64,000 nucleotides of DNA. Origin: Bdellovibrionales bacterium. GTDB taxonomy: Bacteria; Bdellovibrionota; Bdellovibrionia; Bdellovibrionales; UBA1609. Each line of letters starts with the position of its first letter. Position 1 is the first letter of the stretch. Below are positions 28,559 to 37,949 of the stretch, one piece after another. The notes under the pieces are model-generated. The model was not told where the DNA came from and did no database searches. It saw only the letters and a list, made by a program, of their open reading frames with translations. Made by a program: the position numbers and the translations under genes. Location: contig OZ241329.1 in assembly GCA_965199825.1 (NCBI GenBank), forward strand, positions 1,472,001 through 1,536,000. The letters are read 5' to 3'.

Positions 28559-30616
28559 TTGAAGTGGAAAACAATATTTTTTAGACATCCTCTTTTACTT
28601 TTAATTTATGGGGTCTTCGCGATGACACCGAGTACGTCCACCAAAGTGGACACCGTTATAAAGCTGCCAGCAAAAATTCTTTCTCGATCCACCGATATTT
28701 ATTTTAAACACCAAATTGCAAAAGTCGAAGAGCATTGCTTTCGCAAAGGTCCGGTGGCGGCTCACTTGTATTTAGATAGCAATCAAGCCCCCTATTTTTT
28801 TGTGGCCTTTCCTGCCGGAAATTCTGGTGTGGGGATGTGGTTTGACACTCCCGACAAAAATGTTTTTTTGAGTGCGGTTCGTCCTCCCCATGCGATTACA
28901 CGCTCGCAACTCAACGGCATCGAAGTGGATCTCAAAAGTGGCGCGAAAAGTTTAAAAATCAAAACTGCTGTTCTTGGGAGTATGCGCTTTATTCGAGATG
29001 CTGAGTTGCAACAGCCAATCCCAAAAGTGATACAAAAAAATACGGTTGTGACAAGTGACCATGTGATTGTGATGGATCGTGAATCGCTCAATAAAATGGC
29101 GAGTTACAGATTAGAGCTTGAACTTTTAGGCGATACAAAAATGGTGCAGCACGAAGGGGCAATCGAGCTTGTGGCGCAGTCCAACATTAAATTTCGATTG
29201 CGCGCGATGACAAGTGAGCGACCGCTAACGCCACTCAAACCATCAAGTGTTTTTAAAAAACAATATCTCAGCAAGATAGATCCAAAAGAACTCCAGGCCT
29301 TTTCATTTTTGCTTTATCGCGAAAAATTTGCGGCCGGATCTCCACGATATCTGAATCAATTTGGAAGAGACTCTCTCATTACCCTTCGTGTGTTGATGGA
29401 TGCCATGAAGCCAGAGGCGGTCGAAAATTTAATTTCGATGACTCTCAATGGGGCTCATCCCGTTGATGGCATGATTTCACATGAACAGCACGAAGGCGAT
29501 TTTGCTTCGTTTGTTCGAAAGCAAAAACATCAAAACGTGATCGGTGTCACGAGTCCCATCGAAGATTATAAAATGATCGACGATGATTTTATTTTCACCA
29601 TCGTTCTTGCCGAATACATGAAGCGCTACCCGATGCGTGTTGCCGACTTTTTGGATCGTCGAGACTCGCGCGGAATTTCACATCGACGCCTGGTTCAAAA
29701 TAATTTTCGCTATGTTCGTAAGATGACAAAGGCCTTTTTTCAAGATCCCATTTACACCAATTTGGTTCATCTCAAAGACGGTGAGACTACCGGTCAGTGG
29801 CGCGATAGTGAATATGGTTTAGGTGGAGGTTCTTATCCCTTTGACGTCAATGTGGCTTTGGTCCCTGGGGCGCTTCGAGGACTTTCAGAAATCTACGACA
29901 ACGAACATCTCGAATTTTTTAGTCCAAAAACAGCCGCACTGATGGATAAGATTTTTAGAGTGTGGAATGAAAAGGCTGAGCCCTTATTTGAAGTGCGCAT
30001 TCCAAAGAACACGATTCCAAATTATGGCGAAAAATATTTTGCCAACCTTCATCTTGATCCAAAAGACCTACCAGATTCTCCTGAACAAGATTTAAGATTT
30101 CCGGCGATTGCAATCAACGATGCGGGCGAAAAAATCCCGGTGATGCATTCTGATGACAGCATGATGATGACCTTTGGTTATCCATCAGAAAACTATATGC
30201 GTTCGGTCAATCAACGTGTGCAGCATCAGTTCCCCTATGGACTCAGAACTCCGGTCGGAATTTTAATTGCTAATCCAGTTTTTGCTCGACCCTTACTGCA
30301 GAGTCATTTTGATGAGCATCAATATCATGGGCGCACGAGTTGGGCGATGCAGGAGGATTTGTTGATATATGGATTTGATCGGCAGCTCGCCATTGGGCAG
30401 TGGTCCAATGAGACGATTGAAGAGATCAACCATTCGGTTCACGAAGTGGCCAAGGTGATCAAGGTGAAAGGGCATATGGGCGGGAACGAAGTGTTTTCTA
30501 TTCTTCTTGTGAATGGCCGATACCTGGCTTTGCCTTTTGCTGGAAGTGCGAAATCAAATTCAAACCAATTGTGGAGTCATCTGCGGATCGCATCGCCACC
30601 GCTAGAAGATATCTAA
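28559..30616 (+). CDS. Glycogen-debranching-like six-hairpin glycosidase (start uncertain)
   Basis: AFPAGNSG, AGS.RY..FGRDS, DYKMIDDDF, GQWRDS..GLGGG.YP.DVN.AL.P.AL and YHG..SW motifs. Confidence 0.65.
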   Translation: MKWKTIFFRHPLLLLIYGVFAMTPSTSTKVDTVIKLPAKILSRSTDIYFKHQIAKVEEHCFRKGPVAAHLYLDSNQAPYFFVAFPAGNSGVGMWFDTPDKNVFLSAVRPPHAITRSQLNGIEVDLKSGAKSLKIKTAVLGSMRFIRDAELQQPIPKVIQKNTVVTSDHVIVMDRESLNKMASYRLELELLGDTKMVQHEGAIELVAQSNIKFRLRAMTSERPLTPLKPSSVFKKQYLSKIDPKELQAFSFLLYREKFAAGSPRYLNQFGRDSLITLRVLMDAMKPEAVENLISMTLNGAHPVDGMISHEQHEGDFASFVRKQKHQNVIGVTSPIEDYKMIDDDFIFTIVLAEYMKRYPMRVADFLDRRDSRGISHRRLVQNNFRYVRKMTKAFFQDPIYTNLVHLKDGETTGQWRDSEYGLGGGSYPFDVNVALVPGALRGLSEIYDNEHLEFFSPKTAALMDKIFRVWNEKAEPLFEVRIPKNTIPNYGEKYFANLHLDPKDLPDSPEQDLRFPAIAINDAGEKIPVMHSDDSMMMTFGYPSENYMRSVNQRVQHQFPYGLRTPVGILIANPVFARPLLQSHFDEHQYHGRTSWAMQEDLLIYGFDRQLAIGQWSNETIEEINHSVHEVAKVIKVKGHMGGNEVFSILLVNGRYLALPFAGSAKSNSNQLWSHLRIASPPLEDI

Positions 30617-30973
30617 TCAAAATTGGTGGGGTTGCTCACCGAATCCAAATTCATAAGATGCATAAACAAATTCTGTTTCTTCACTGAGCAGCTCAACTAA
30701 TTTTTTAAGTTCTCCACGAACCAAAATATAACTGCGCTGGCCATCGCTCAGTGAACGCATAAAATTTAAGTTAGAATTTTGGGCAAAAACTTCCCCATCA
30801 ACAAGATGATCGAAGTGGAGCCACACTCCAATGAAGGGAGGATGAGTCTCAAGAGCATCGAGCAATCCAACTGAAATCCGTGAGTGTGAGATGTGTTTGT
30901 TAAGTATCGACAAACACCCAGGCTGTGGGGTTGAGGCAAAGGCAAAAGAAATAAGTAAAATCAAGATGGCCAT
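30617..30973 (-). CDS. Hypothetical secreted protein
   Basis: Signal peptide ending AFA, then STPQPGCLSIL; AAGGA RBS. Confidence 0.65.
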   Translation of the reverse strand: MAILILLISFAFASTPQPGCLSILNKHISHSRISVGLLDALETHPPFIGVWLHFDHLVDGEVFAQNSNLNFMRSLSDGQRSYILVRGELKKLVELLSEETEFVYASYEFGFGEQPHQF

Positions 30974-30983
30974 TGAGTCCTTT

Positions 30984-31709
30984 TTAGTATTTTAACGAAA
31001 ATCCGGTAAAGTAAGTGATATCGGTTCCGACAATATCCATCGGCGGCACGCTATCGTAGTTCAGATTAAATTGCATTTCGGCCGAGAGGCGTTCGGTTAA
31101 ACTAAATAATAGTCCACATGACAAGAGAAACCTGACATCATTCAAAAATTGCAGCGACGGCTGAAGATAGGTGCTCGCATAGGCAGAAGCCCGATCATTA
31201 AATCCCACTACATAAGATAAATAAAGATTGCCGCGAAAACCACTTCGCGAAGCTTCCATGTTAAAGGTGGCAAGTTCGTAAAAGAGACCAGTTCCTAAAT
31301 AAAGAGTGTTTGTACCTTGGTTCAGAAGACGATAACGAAGGTTGGACCCAAAAATATTTCGCCATTTAAGATCTCTAAATTCGTCAAACTCGGATTGAGT
31401 AAATAATTCGACTGTGGTGGGCTTATCGGCTTTAAAGGTGTATCGGATGTGAATTCGCCCATTATTTGTGTCCTTTACATTTTGGGTGAGCGAATAGACA
31501 TAGTCTGCTAGAAACAATATTTCGTCTTCGGGATAGCGATAAATATTAAGAGTGGTGATGTTGTTTGCCAACTTATTGGTGTTTCCGCGCTGACCCGAAA
31601 ATTTGGCGGAGGATTTTCCGATGAATCCCTTTCCAGATTCTCTACGAATTTGTTCGATGTTGATAAAGCCAAATGACGGCGCCATCAATAGAAGAAATAA
31701 AATTGGCAT
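30984..31709 (-). CDS. DUF481-type outer-membrane beta-barrel protein
   Basis: INIE start of the mature protein, GNT motif, amphipathic strands, terminal aromatic residue (FSLKY). Confidence 0.8.
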   Translation of the reverse strand: MPILFLLLMAPSFGFINIEQIRRESGKGFIGKSSAKFSGQRGNTNKLANNITTLNIYRYPEDEILFLADYVYSLTQNVKDTNNGRIHIRYTFKADKPTTVELFTQSEFDEFRDLKWRNIFGSNLRYRLLNQGTNTLYLGTGLFYELATFNMEASRSGFRGNLYLSYVVGFNDRASAYASTYLQPSLQFLNDVRFLLSCGLLFSLTERLSAEMQFNLNYDSVPPMDIVGTDITYFTGFSLKY

Positions 31710-31757
31710 GAGCCGAGCACATTGACGGATTTAAAAACAACATGCAAGGGTTGTCTG

Positions 31758-32999
31758 ATGTTAAAAAAAATCACTTTTACCCAATGGATCGCAATCGCAC
31801 TTGTGGTTGGACTTATTGTTGGAGTCACAGCACCCGAATTTGCGGTCTCTCTTAAATTTCTAACAACCGTATTTTTGCGTGCGATCAGTTCGATGGTTGT
31901 GCCGATGATATTCGCAATGCTTGTCACAGGCATTGCCGATCATAGTGATGACTTAAAGTCGATTGGGCGTTTGGCGGTGAGGGCACTGGTCTACTTTGAA
32001 GTGATGACCGCTTTTGCTCTTGTGATGGGATTGATTGCAGTGCATCTGCTTCATCCAGGTACCGGTACTCCGCTCCCTCCACCAACCGCAGTGGCTCAAG
32101 AGTATGTTCAAAAGCCACAAACCACACTCGAAACCATCGAGCATATCGTTCCCCGAAGTTTTGTTGAGGCGGCCGCCCAAAATGATATTTTAGAAGTGAT
32201 TTTCTTTTCTGTTCTTTTTGCGTTGGCCCTCACACAAGTCGATATTCCTCACAAAAATGTGATGCTCGGGGTGTGTCGCTCCCTGGCTCAAATTATGTTT
32301 AAATTCATTGGTATCGTAATGAATTTTGCGCCGATTGCGGTTGGGGCATCCATTGCGGTGGCGGTGGGTCAATCGGGATTGCAGGTCATCGCCAATCTGA
32401 GTTGGCTTGTGCTCACTCTTTATTTGGCCTTGGTTGCGTTAATTTTATTGTTCTTTGTGCCCACACTTTATTTTTTAAAAATTTCGATTCCTAAATTTTT
32501 TGCTGCGGTTCGTGAGCCTGCATTCTTGGCTTTTAGTACGTCCTCATCAGAGGCCGCACTTCCGATTGCGCTTCGAAAAATGGTCGAGTTCGGAGTGCCT
32601 GAGCACATCGTTTATTTTGTATTGCCCTTGGGCTATTCGTTCAACTTAGTGGGATCGACTCTTTATCTTTCGGTGGCCGCAATTTTTGTGGCCCAAGCTG
32701 CAGATATTCATCTGACTTGGATGCAGCAATCGGCAATGATTTTGACTTTGTTAATCACAAGCAAAGGGGTTGCGGCTGTGCCTCGAGCCTCGATGGTTGT
32801 GCTTTCGGCCACACTCACCAAATTCAATTTACCACTAGAAGGGATTGCGGTGATCCTAGGTGTAGACGCCATCATGGATATGGCGCGCAGTATGGTCAAC
32901 GTGATCGGCAACTGTTTAGCGTCAGTTGTATTGTCGCATTGGGAATCGGCCACGCCAGTAAAGAAAATAATAAAGCACGCCGAAGAGAGCCCCACCTAA
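31758..32999 (+). CDS. Dicarboxylate/amino acid:cation symporter (GltP/DctA family)
   Basis: AFSTSSSEAALP, PLGYSFNL.G, TSKGVAAVP and DMARS..N..GN motifs. Confidence 0.93.
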   Translation: MLKKITFTQWIAIALVVGLIVGVTAPEFAVSLKFLTTVFLRAISSMVVPMIFAMLVTGIADHSDDLKSIGRLAVRALVYFEVMTAFALVMGLIAVHLLHPGTGTPLPPPTAVAQEYVQKPQTTLETIEHIVPRSFVEAAAQNDILEVIFFSVLFALALTQVDIPHKNVMLGVCRSLAQIMFKFIGIVMNFAPIAVGASIAVAVGQSGLQVIANLSWLVLTLYLALVALILLFFVPTLYFLKISIPKFFAAVREPAFLAFSTSSSEAALPIALRKMVEFGVPEHIVYFVLPLGYSFNLVGSTLYLSVAAIFVAQAADIHLTWMQQSAMILTLLITSKGVAAVPRASMVVLSATLTKFNLPLEGIAVILGVDAIMDMARSMVNVIGNCLASVVLSHWESATPVKKIIKHAEESPT

Positions 33000-33527
33000 G
33001 TGGGCGCCGTGACCAATCGGCAGGCCACCGCCTTGGGCCTGTGCTGACAATCCCCAGAGATCAAGACCAACAAAGAGCACCGCACCAAACATGGCGGGCA
33101 TTGGAATAATCCAGAAGAGCAAAAGCTTTTCGCGCGGATACAGAAAGGAAAAAAGTAAAATCAATCCCGACAAGGCACCCGAAGCCCCAAGTGCCGGCAG
33201 TGCGGGTTCGTGGAGTAAAAACGCGGACACCAAACAATGGCAAAGCGAACTAAAAATTCCCGCACCAAGATAAAAAAATAAAAATCGTGGAACTCCTAAA
33301 ATACTTTCGACCAAGCCGCCAAAACTCCTCAGCACCATCATGTTGAGTAAAAAATGAATAAACAAATTGTGCGAAAAAACAGAGGTGAGCAAAGTCCAAT
33401 AGCGACCCTGTAATAAACCTTCCCAGCTGACCAGAAAATGGGTCGACATAAAACGAAAGTCACGTCCCCAAAAATAAAACACCACTAAATTTATAATTAA
33501 CAAGACCGGTATGGTTGAGCGTCTCAT
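32922..33527 (-). CDS. Rhomboid intramembrane serine protease
   Basis: H...H...NM, GASG and AHLGG motifs. Confidence 0.93.
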   Translation of the reverse strand: MRRSTIPVLLIINLVVFYFWGRDFRFMSTHFLVSWEGLLQGRYWTLLTSVFSHNLFIHFLLNMMVLRSFGGLVESILGVPRFLFFYLGAGIFSSLCHCLVSAFLLHEPALPALGASGALSGLILLFSFLYPREKLLLFWIIPMPAMFGAVLFVGLDLWGLSAQAQGGGLPIGHGAHLGGALFGVLYYFLYWRGRFPMRQYN

Positions 33528-34654
33528 CGGATAAAACGCGGTTTAGGTGGTAGGTTTGAAAGTAAAATCGAGTCACCAAATTTTTGTTTTAATTGATCCT
33601 TCAATTGTTCGACCTTTATTGTTTTTTCGTTATTAAATAAATTAAGTTGGATCTCTTGCCCTACCGATAAATTTCTCACGCTAATCCCTAAGAGTCTCAA
33701 AGGCAGGTTGGGATTTTTGTGTTCAATCAATAATTTCTGACCGATTTCGGCAATTTCTGCAGCCACACAGGTAGGCTGGCTAATCGATTTTGCCCGGGTC
33801 ACCGTAGTAAAATCGGGATAGCGAATTTTAATCTGCACCGTTTGGGCCGACATATTTTTTTTTCGTAGATCAGTGGCGATGTCTTCGCTCATGTCGCGCA
33901 AAAATCGCATCAAGTATTCCACTTGGGAAATGTTTTCGGCAAAGGTTCGCTCGGCTCCGATAGATTTTCGTTCATGCCGAGTTTCGACAATTCGATTGTC
34001 GATGCCCTTGGCCATTTTTTGAAAATCAGGAAACTGCGGGCTTTTTGCAAGTTGGGCACAGGTATGAATTCCGAGTTGGGCCAAGCGCGAGAGTGTTTTT
34101 GGTCCGATGCCAGGAAGTTTTGATACTGAGAGTGAACTCAAAAATTTTTCTTCATCACCCACCGGAATTTCTAACAGACCATCGGGTTTAGCAAAATCAG
34201 AAGCAATTTTAGCAAGCAGTTTATTGCTAGCAATCCCAACGGTGCAGGTCAGTCCGCTGACCTCGAGAACCGACTGTCTTATTTTTTTGCCGCTTTCGAC
34301 TCTTGAGGCATACAATCGTTCACATCCGGTGAGATCAAGATAGGCCTCATCAATCGAAACCTGTTGGACTTTGGGTGACAGATTTTCGAGGCTCTCAAAA
34401 ATAAGATGAGAATAATGCGAGTAATCTTTAAACTCAGGCTTCACCATCACAAGGGCAGGGCACAGTCTTCGAGCTTGGCCCACAGGCATAGCCGATCGCA
34501 CGCCAAACTTTCTTGCCTCATAGGAGCAACTGGCGACTACGCCGCGCGCACCAGTGCCACCCACTCCGACCGGCTTGCCGATCAGGCTGGGATTTTTGAG
34601 TCTTTCGACCGCAACAAAAAAGCAATCCATGTCGACATGGAGGATCCAAGACAT
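33524..34654 (-). CDS. dinB: DNA polymerase IV
   Basis: HVDMDCFF, SYEAR.FGVRSAM, SIDEAYLD and AKIASD..KPDG motifs. Confidence 0.95.
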   Translation of the reverse strand: MSWILHVDMDCFFVAVERLKNPSLIGKPVGVGGTGARGVVASCSYEARKFGVRSAMPVGQARRLCPALVMVKPEFKDYSHYSHLIFESLENLSPKVQQVSIDEAYLDLTGCERLYASRVESGKKIRQSVLEVSGLTCTVGIASNKLLAKIASDFAKPDGLLEIPVGDEEKFLSSLSVSKLPGIGPKTLSRLAQLGIHTCAQLAKSPQFPDFQKMAKGIDNRIVETRHERKSIGAERTFAENISQVEYLMRFLRDMSEDIATDLRKKNMSAQTVQIKIRYPDFTTVTRAKSISQPTCVAAEIAEIGQKLLIEHKNPNLPLRLLGISVRNLSVGQEIQLNLFNNEKTIKVEQLKDQLKQKFGDSILLSNLPPKPRFIR

Positions 34655-34724
34655 GAGGCTTTATATCGTCTTTTAGATTTTAAGTTTATTGAAAACATCT
34701 GGTATCATCAGCGCTGGAGGCAAT

Positions 34725-35162
34725 ATGAAGTATCTGCTCGTTTTATTGGTGTTTTCGTCGAGTGCTTTGGCCAAGACCACGAAGGTGGCCCATTTTGTTC
34801 TTTGGCAAGATGATGAGACCAAAAAGACCTCGATGGCCCAGCTCAAAAATTTTGGGGCGCATCTAAAAAAGTGCAAATATGAGCTCGAATTTTGTGGCAA
34901 CGACGTGGAAGTCGAAAAGATCGAAAAAGTATGTCATCAAACAGGCCAGCCTCAACCCCTTGTGAAGCAAACCCATCATGCTGCATTTGAGCAACTCGAC
35001 TTCAAGATACCTGTCGAAACTGAATTTTATAAAGTGAAACTTGAGGTCAGACACAATGCCTTACTCAATACGGGCGAAATTGAATTTTTAAATTCTGAAG
35101 GCGAAAATCTGCCCTTTGGAAAAAAGGCAGCGTTTTTTCAGCTCTTCCAAAACTGCCCTTGA
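34725..35162 (+). CDS. Hypothetical secreted protein
   Basis: GGAGG RBS; signal peptide MKYLLVLLVFSSSALA; four Cys. Confidence 0.65.
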   Translation: MKYLLVLLVFSSSALAKTTKVAHFVLWQDDETKKTSMAQLKNFGAHLKKCKYELEFCGNDVEVEKIEKVCHQTGQPQPLVKQTHHAAFEQLDFKIPVETEFYKVKLEVRHNALLNTGEIEFLNSEGENLPFGKKAAFFQLFQNCP

Positions 35163-35597
35163 ATGACCAATTATCTCGAAAGCTTTGGGTTTTATAATCG
35201 TTGGGCCAACGAAAGACTTTTTAAAACCCTCAAAAGCGAAATCAGTCCCAACATTCTAAATCTTCTTGCGCAGCAAATTGGTGCCGAAGAGTTGTGGATG
35301 GGGCGCATCCAAAAACCAAATGAAGATCTTAAAGCTGTTCAACCTGATTTTGTTTACCTTGAAAGACGCCGCAGAAGTCTTGATGAGGACTGGATTGATC
35401 TGGTCGAATCCAAATTAGATCTTGGGCGCAACGTTGAATATGAAACAATCACCGAGCCTCGCATGCGCCGCACAGCTCAGCTCGAAAGAATTTTGCTGCA
35501 CGTATTCAATAGCCAAACCTTTTCGCGTGGCCAGATTTGTGCCGAGCTCCAAAAACCACCGCCACTTGAAATGATTTATTTTTTTAGTGGTCGTTAG
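35163..35597 (+). CDS. DinB/YfiT-like four-helix protein with degenerate His triad
   Basis: YNRWAN.RL, AEELW..R and ILLHVFN.....RGQ patterns. Confidence 0.8.
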   Translation: MTNYLESFGFYNRWANERLFKTLKSEISPNILNLLAQQIGAEELWMGRIQKPNEDLKAVQPDFVYLERRRRSLDEDWIDLVESKLDLGRNVEYETITEPRMRRTAQLERILLHVFNSQTFSRGQICAELQKPPPLEMIYFFSGR

Positions 35598-36253
35598 GGT
35601 TCGGTAATTGCGATCGAGTCAATATAGGCAATACCAAATCGACCATCTCGAAGCGCCATATTTAGAGGCGTGATATTGACCCGAATCTTATCGCACATTT
35701 CGGCATTGAGCCTCAGAGTCCACACATCGGTATCTTGCAAAGGACTCTTCACCACAACACTGCAGAGGCCGCCGGTCTTTAAAAAAGCCTCAAATCCGTT
35801 GAGCTTTTCGATCACCACACTCTCAAATTGTTGAGGCTCTGAGGTATCGGTTTGGCGGTTTAAGACCTCCACCGCAGGAAGAACAATCAAGAGGGCACCA
35901 AGGGGAGCAAAAACCATTACCTTCCAGATCGAGGCCTTGAGACCACGTTGACGAAAAAAGGTCGACTTGGTCATCTTTAGCGAAAAGAACAGCAGAATCG
36001 TAAACATAATAAAAAACGGAAATGAATTTTCGAGCAATTCTTCGCGACGCAACACTTGGCTTAAAGGGTAGCCAAACAGGCGCTCCCCAAAATAGGCCGC
36101 CCAACAGGTGACAAAGATCGCAATCCAAATCACCTCGAGTTTTGGAATATAAAAGGGATCCTCGGCCCGACGATTTTTTGCCTGACTTTTGCGAATAAAT
36201 CCCCAAAGCGTTCCAACGAGTAGACCAAAGCCTAATGAAATCAATATGATCAT
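35594..36253 (-). CDS. Hypothetical membrane protein
   Basis: Four hydrophobic segments plus a small C-terminal beta domain with two Cys. Confidence 0.65.
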   Translation of the reverse strand: MIILISLGFGLLVGTLWGFIRKSQAKNRRAEDPFYIPKLEVIWIAIFVTCWAAYFGERLFGYPLSQVLRREELLENSFPFFIMFTILLFFSLKMTKSTFFRQRGLKASIWKVMVFAPLGALLIVLPAVEVLNRQTDTSEPQQFESVVIEKLNGFEAFLKTGGLCSVVVKSPLQDTDVWTLRLNAEMCDKIRVNITPLNMALRDGRFGIAYIDSIAITEP

Positions 36254-36409
36254 AAGAAATTATCAACTCAATCAAAATCAAATGGCAATGACAAAAAACG
36301 TCGCCGGTTTTTACCTTACTTCAAGCGATCTCCACGAAGGGCCATTAGATTTGGGCATTGTGCTTGCTGATATGTTGAGTGTGAAAAACATTTTTTAAGG
36401 AGGATTGCC

Positions 36410-37036
36410 ATGAAGGCAATTTTATTGACCCTGTTGATCTCAAGCCCAGTATGGGCAGCAACTCTTGATACTGTAAACGAAAAGTCCTTCGACGTTGAAG
36501 CCGAAGAGATGGATGTTTACGATCACGCTGCTTTAGAAAAAGCGGCTAAAGACGAAACCGCTCAGATGAATCACGATACAAAAGTGATGGATCAAAAGGT
36601 TTCAAGTCTCAAGCGCGAGAGTGATAGATTAAAGCAGAACGTAAAAAACCAATCCGATCGTTTTGCTGAATCAAAAAAACAAGGTGTTGAGATGAGTCGC
36701 AAAGTTGCTTTGCAACAACGTGATAAAGATCATGTTCAAAAAGATCTTGAAACCGCTCAATATAAATTGAAACAAAGCCAAGATCAGTTAGCAGATCGCA
36801 AAAATCAACTGGCCCAAACCAGAAGTCAGTTGAATGAGTTGAGTCACCAAAAAGCTTCGGCATTAAACCGAATTCACCGAGCTGAGCAACAGATTGCAAC
36901 TGCCGAAAGACAACTCGAGCGCTTAAAAAGCCAAAAGCAAAATTTAAAAAAGAATGTTGTTGAATTGAATCGAAGAGCTGATGCGAGCGAAGGACGTGCG
37001 CAAAAGTATCAGACCCGTTTAGCATCCTTACGCTAA
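36410..37036 (+). CDS. Secreted long coiled-coil protein
   Basis: AAGGAGG RBS; signal peptide ending VWA; heptad-rich Q/K/E/L sequence. Confidence 0.8.
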   Translation: MKAILLTLLISSPVWAATLDTVNEKSFDVEAEEMDVYDHAALEKAAKDETAQMNHDTKVMDQKVSSLKRESDRLKQNVKNQSDRFAESKKQGVEMSRKVALQQRDKDHVQKDLETAQYKLKQSQDQLADRKNQLAQTRSQLNELSHQKASALNRIHRAEQQIATAERQLERLKSQKQNLKKNVVELNRRADASEGRAQKYQTRLASLR

Positions 37037-37047
37037 ATTTTTTTAGA

Positions 37048-37087
37048 GGGTTGCGATGACGAACATGGATTGTTTGTCTTGCAACCC
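37048..37087 (+). other. Long RNA hairpin in a convergent intergenic region
   Basis: GGGTTGCGA-T-GACGAACA-TGGAT-TGTTTGTC-TTGCAACCC: 17 bp including G-U pairs. Confidence 0.55.
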
Positions 37088-37159
37088 GAATTTATGACAA
37101 CATATGACCTGTGATTTTTTTTACGCTTCAGCCTCACTTCGTGAGGTCTTGTCGAAACT

Positions 37160-37900
37160 CTAAACGCCCCATTCTGACCGAATCTTTGCAACCTCTTCGG
37201 GTGTCATCGCTTTTTTAAAACGAGCCCCAGATCGACCTTTGACTCGAGCTTCGCATTCGGCCCAAGTGGTATGCTGCTCGAGCTTTCCGTTGACCAAACT
37301 TAAATAACAAAAAGGAATTTTTTTTTGGGTGCGCTCTTTCATGTCGGGGAGGGCTTGGGGCTCAGGCAAAACATCAAGATCTAAACCGTAGCCACCCAAT
37401 GGTCCTTTGTAGAGAGCAGGCATTTGACCTTTTGAGTGCGCCACTGCGATCACATCGCAGCGCTCATTACCGGGTGTTCCGCGATGGCCGCGAACAAAAT
37501 TCCATGTGATGCGTTTGCGATCAATGGTGAGCACCGTGTTCATCAACTCTTGCCAAAGATCTTGATTGGTCACGTCTTTGCCATCGGCGGTTTTCCAACC
37601 GCGGCGTTGCCAACCAAAAACCCACTGAGTGATTCCACGAATTAAATAAACAGAGTCGGTAAATACCGAAATATTTTCTGTTCGTTCGCTTACAAATTGG
37701 AGACCGCGAAGGGCCGCCGTCATTTCCATCCGATTATTTGTTGTCGATGGGCTTGCACCACCCAGCTCCTGAACTTTCAAATCAGGTGTGAGCACCACCG
37801 AGGCCCATCCGCCGGGACCAGGGTTTCCTGAACATGCACCATCGCTGTAGATGATGATGTTGTCGGTTGAAACATTTTGACAATCAAAAGCTCGCTCCAT
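37160..37900 (-). CDS. rnhA: Ribonuclease HI with C-terminal hybrid-binding (viroplasmin-like) domain
   Basis: SDGACSGNPGPGGW, TTNNRME, TDS.Y and V.GH.G..GNERCD motifs; C-terminal TWAEC..RVKG..GA.FKK. Confidence 0.92.
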   Translation of the reverse strand: MERAFDCQNVSTDNIIIYSDGACSGNPGPGGWASVVLTPDLKVQELGGASPSTTNNRMEMTAALRGLQFVSERTENISVFTDSVYLIRGITQWVFGWQRRGWKTADGKDVTNQDLWQELMNTVLTIDRKRITWNFVRGHRGTPGNERCDVIAVAHSKGQMPALYKGPLGGYGLDLDVLPEPQALPDMKERTQKKIPFCYLSLVNGKLEQHTTWAECEARVKGRSGARFKKAMTPEEVAKIRSEWGV

Positions 37901-37949
37901 TAGGTTTCCTTATTACAAAATTAACCCTTGTACATTGAAGAGAGTATTT

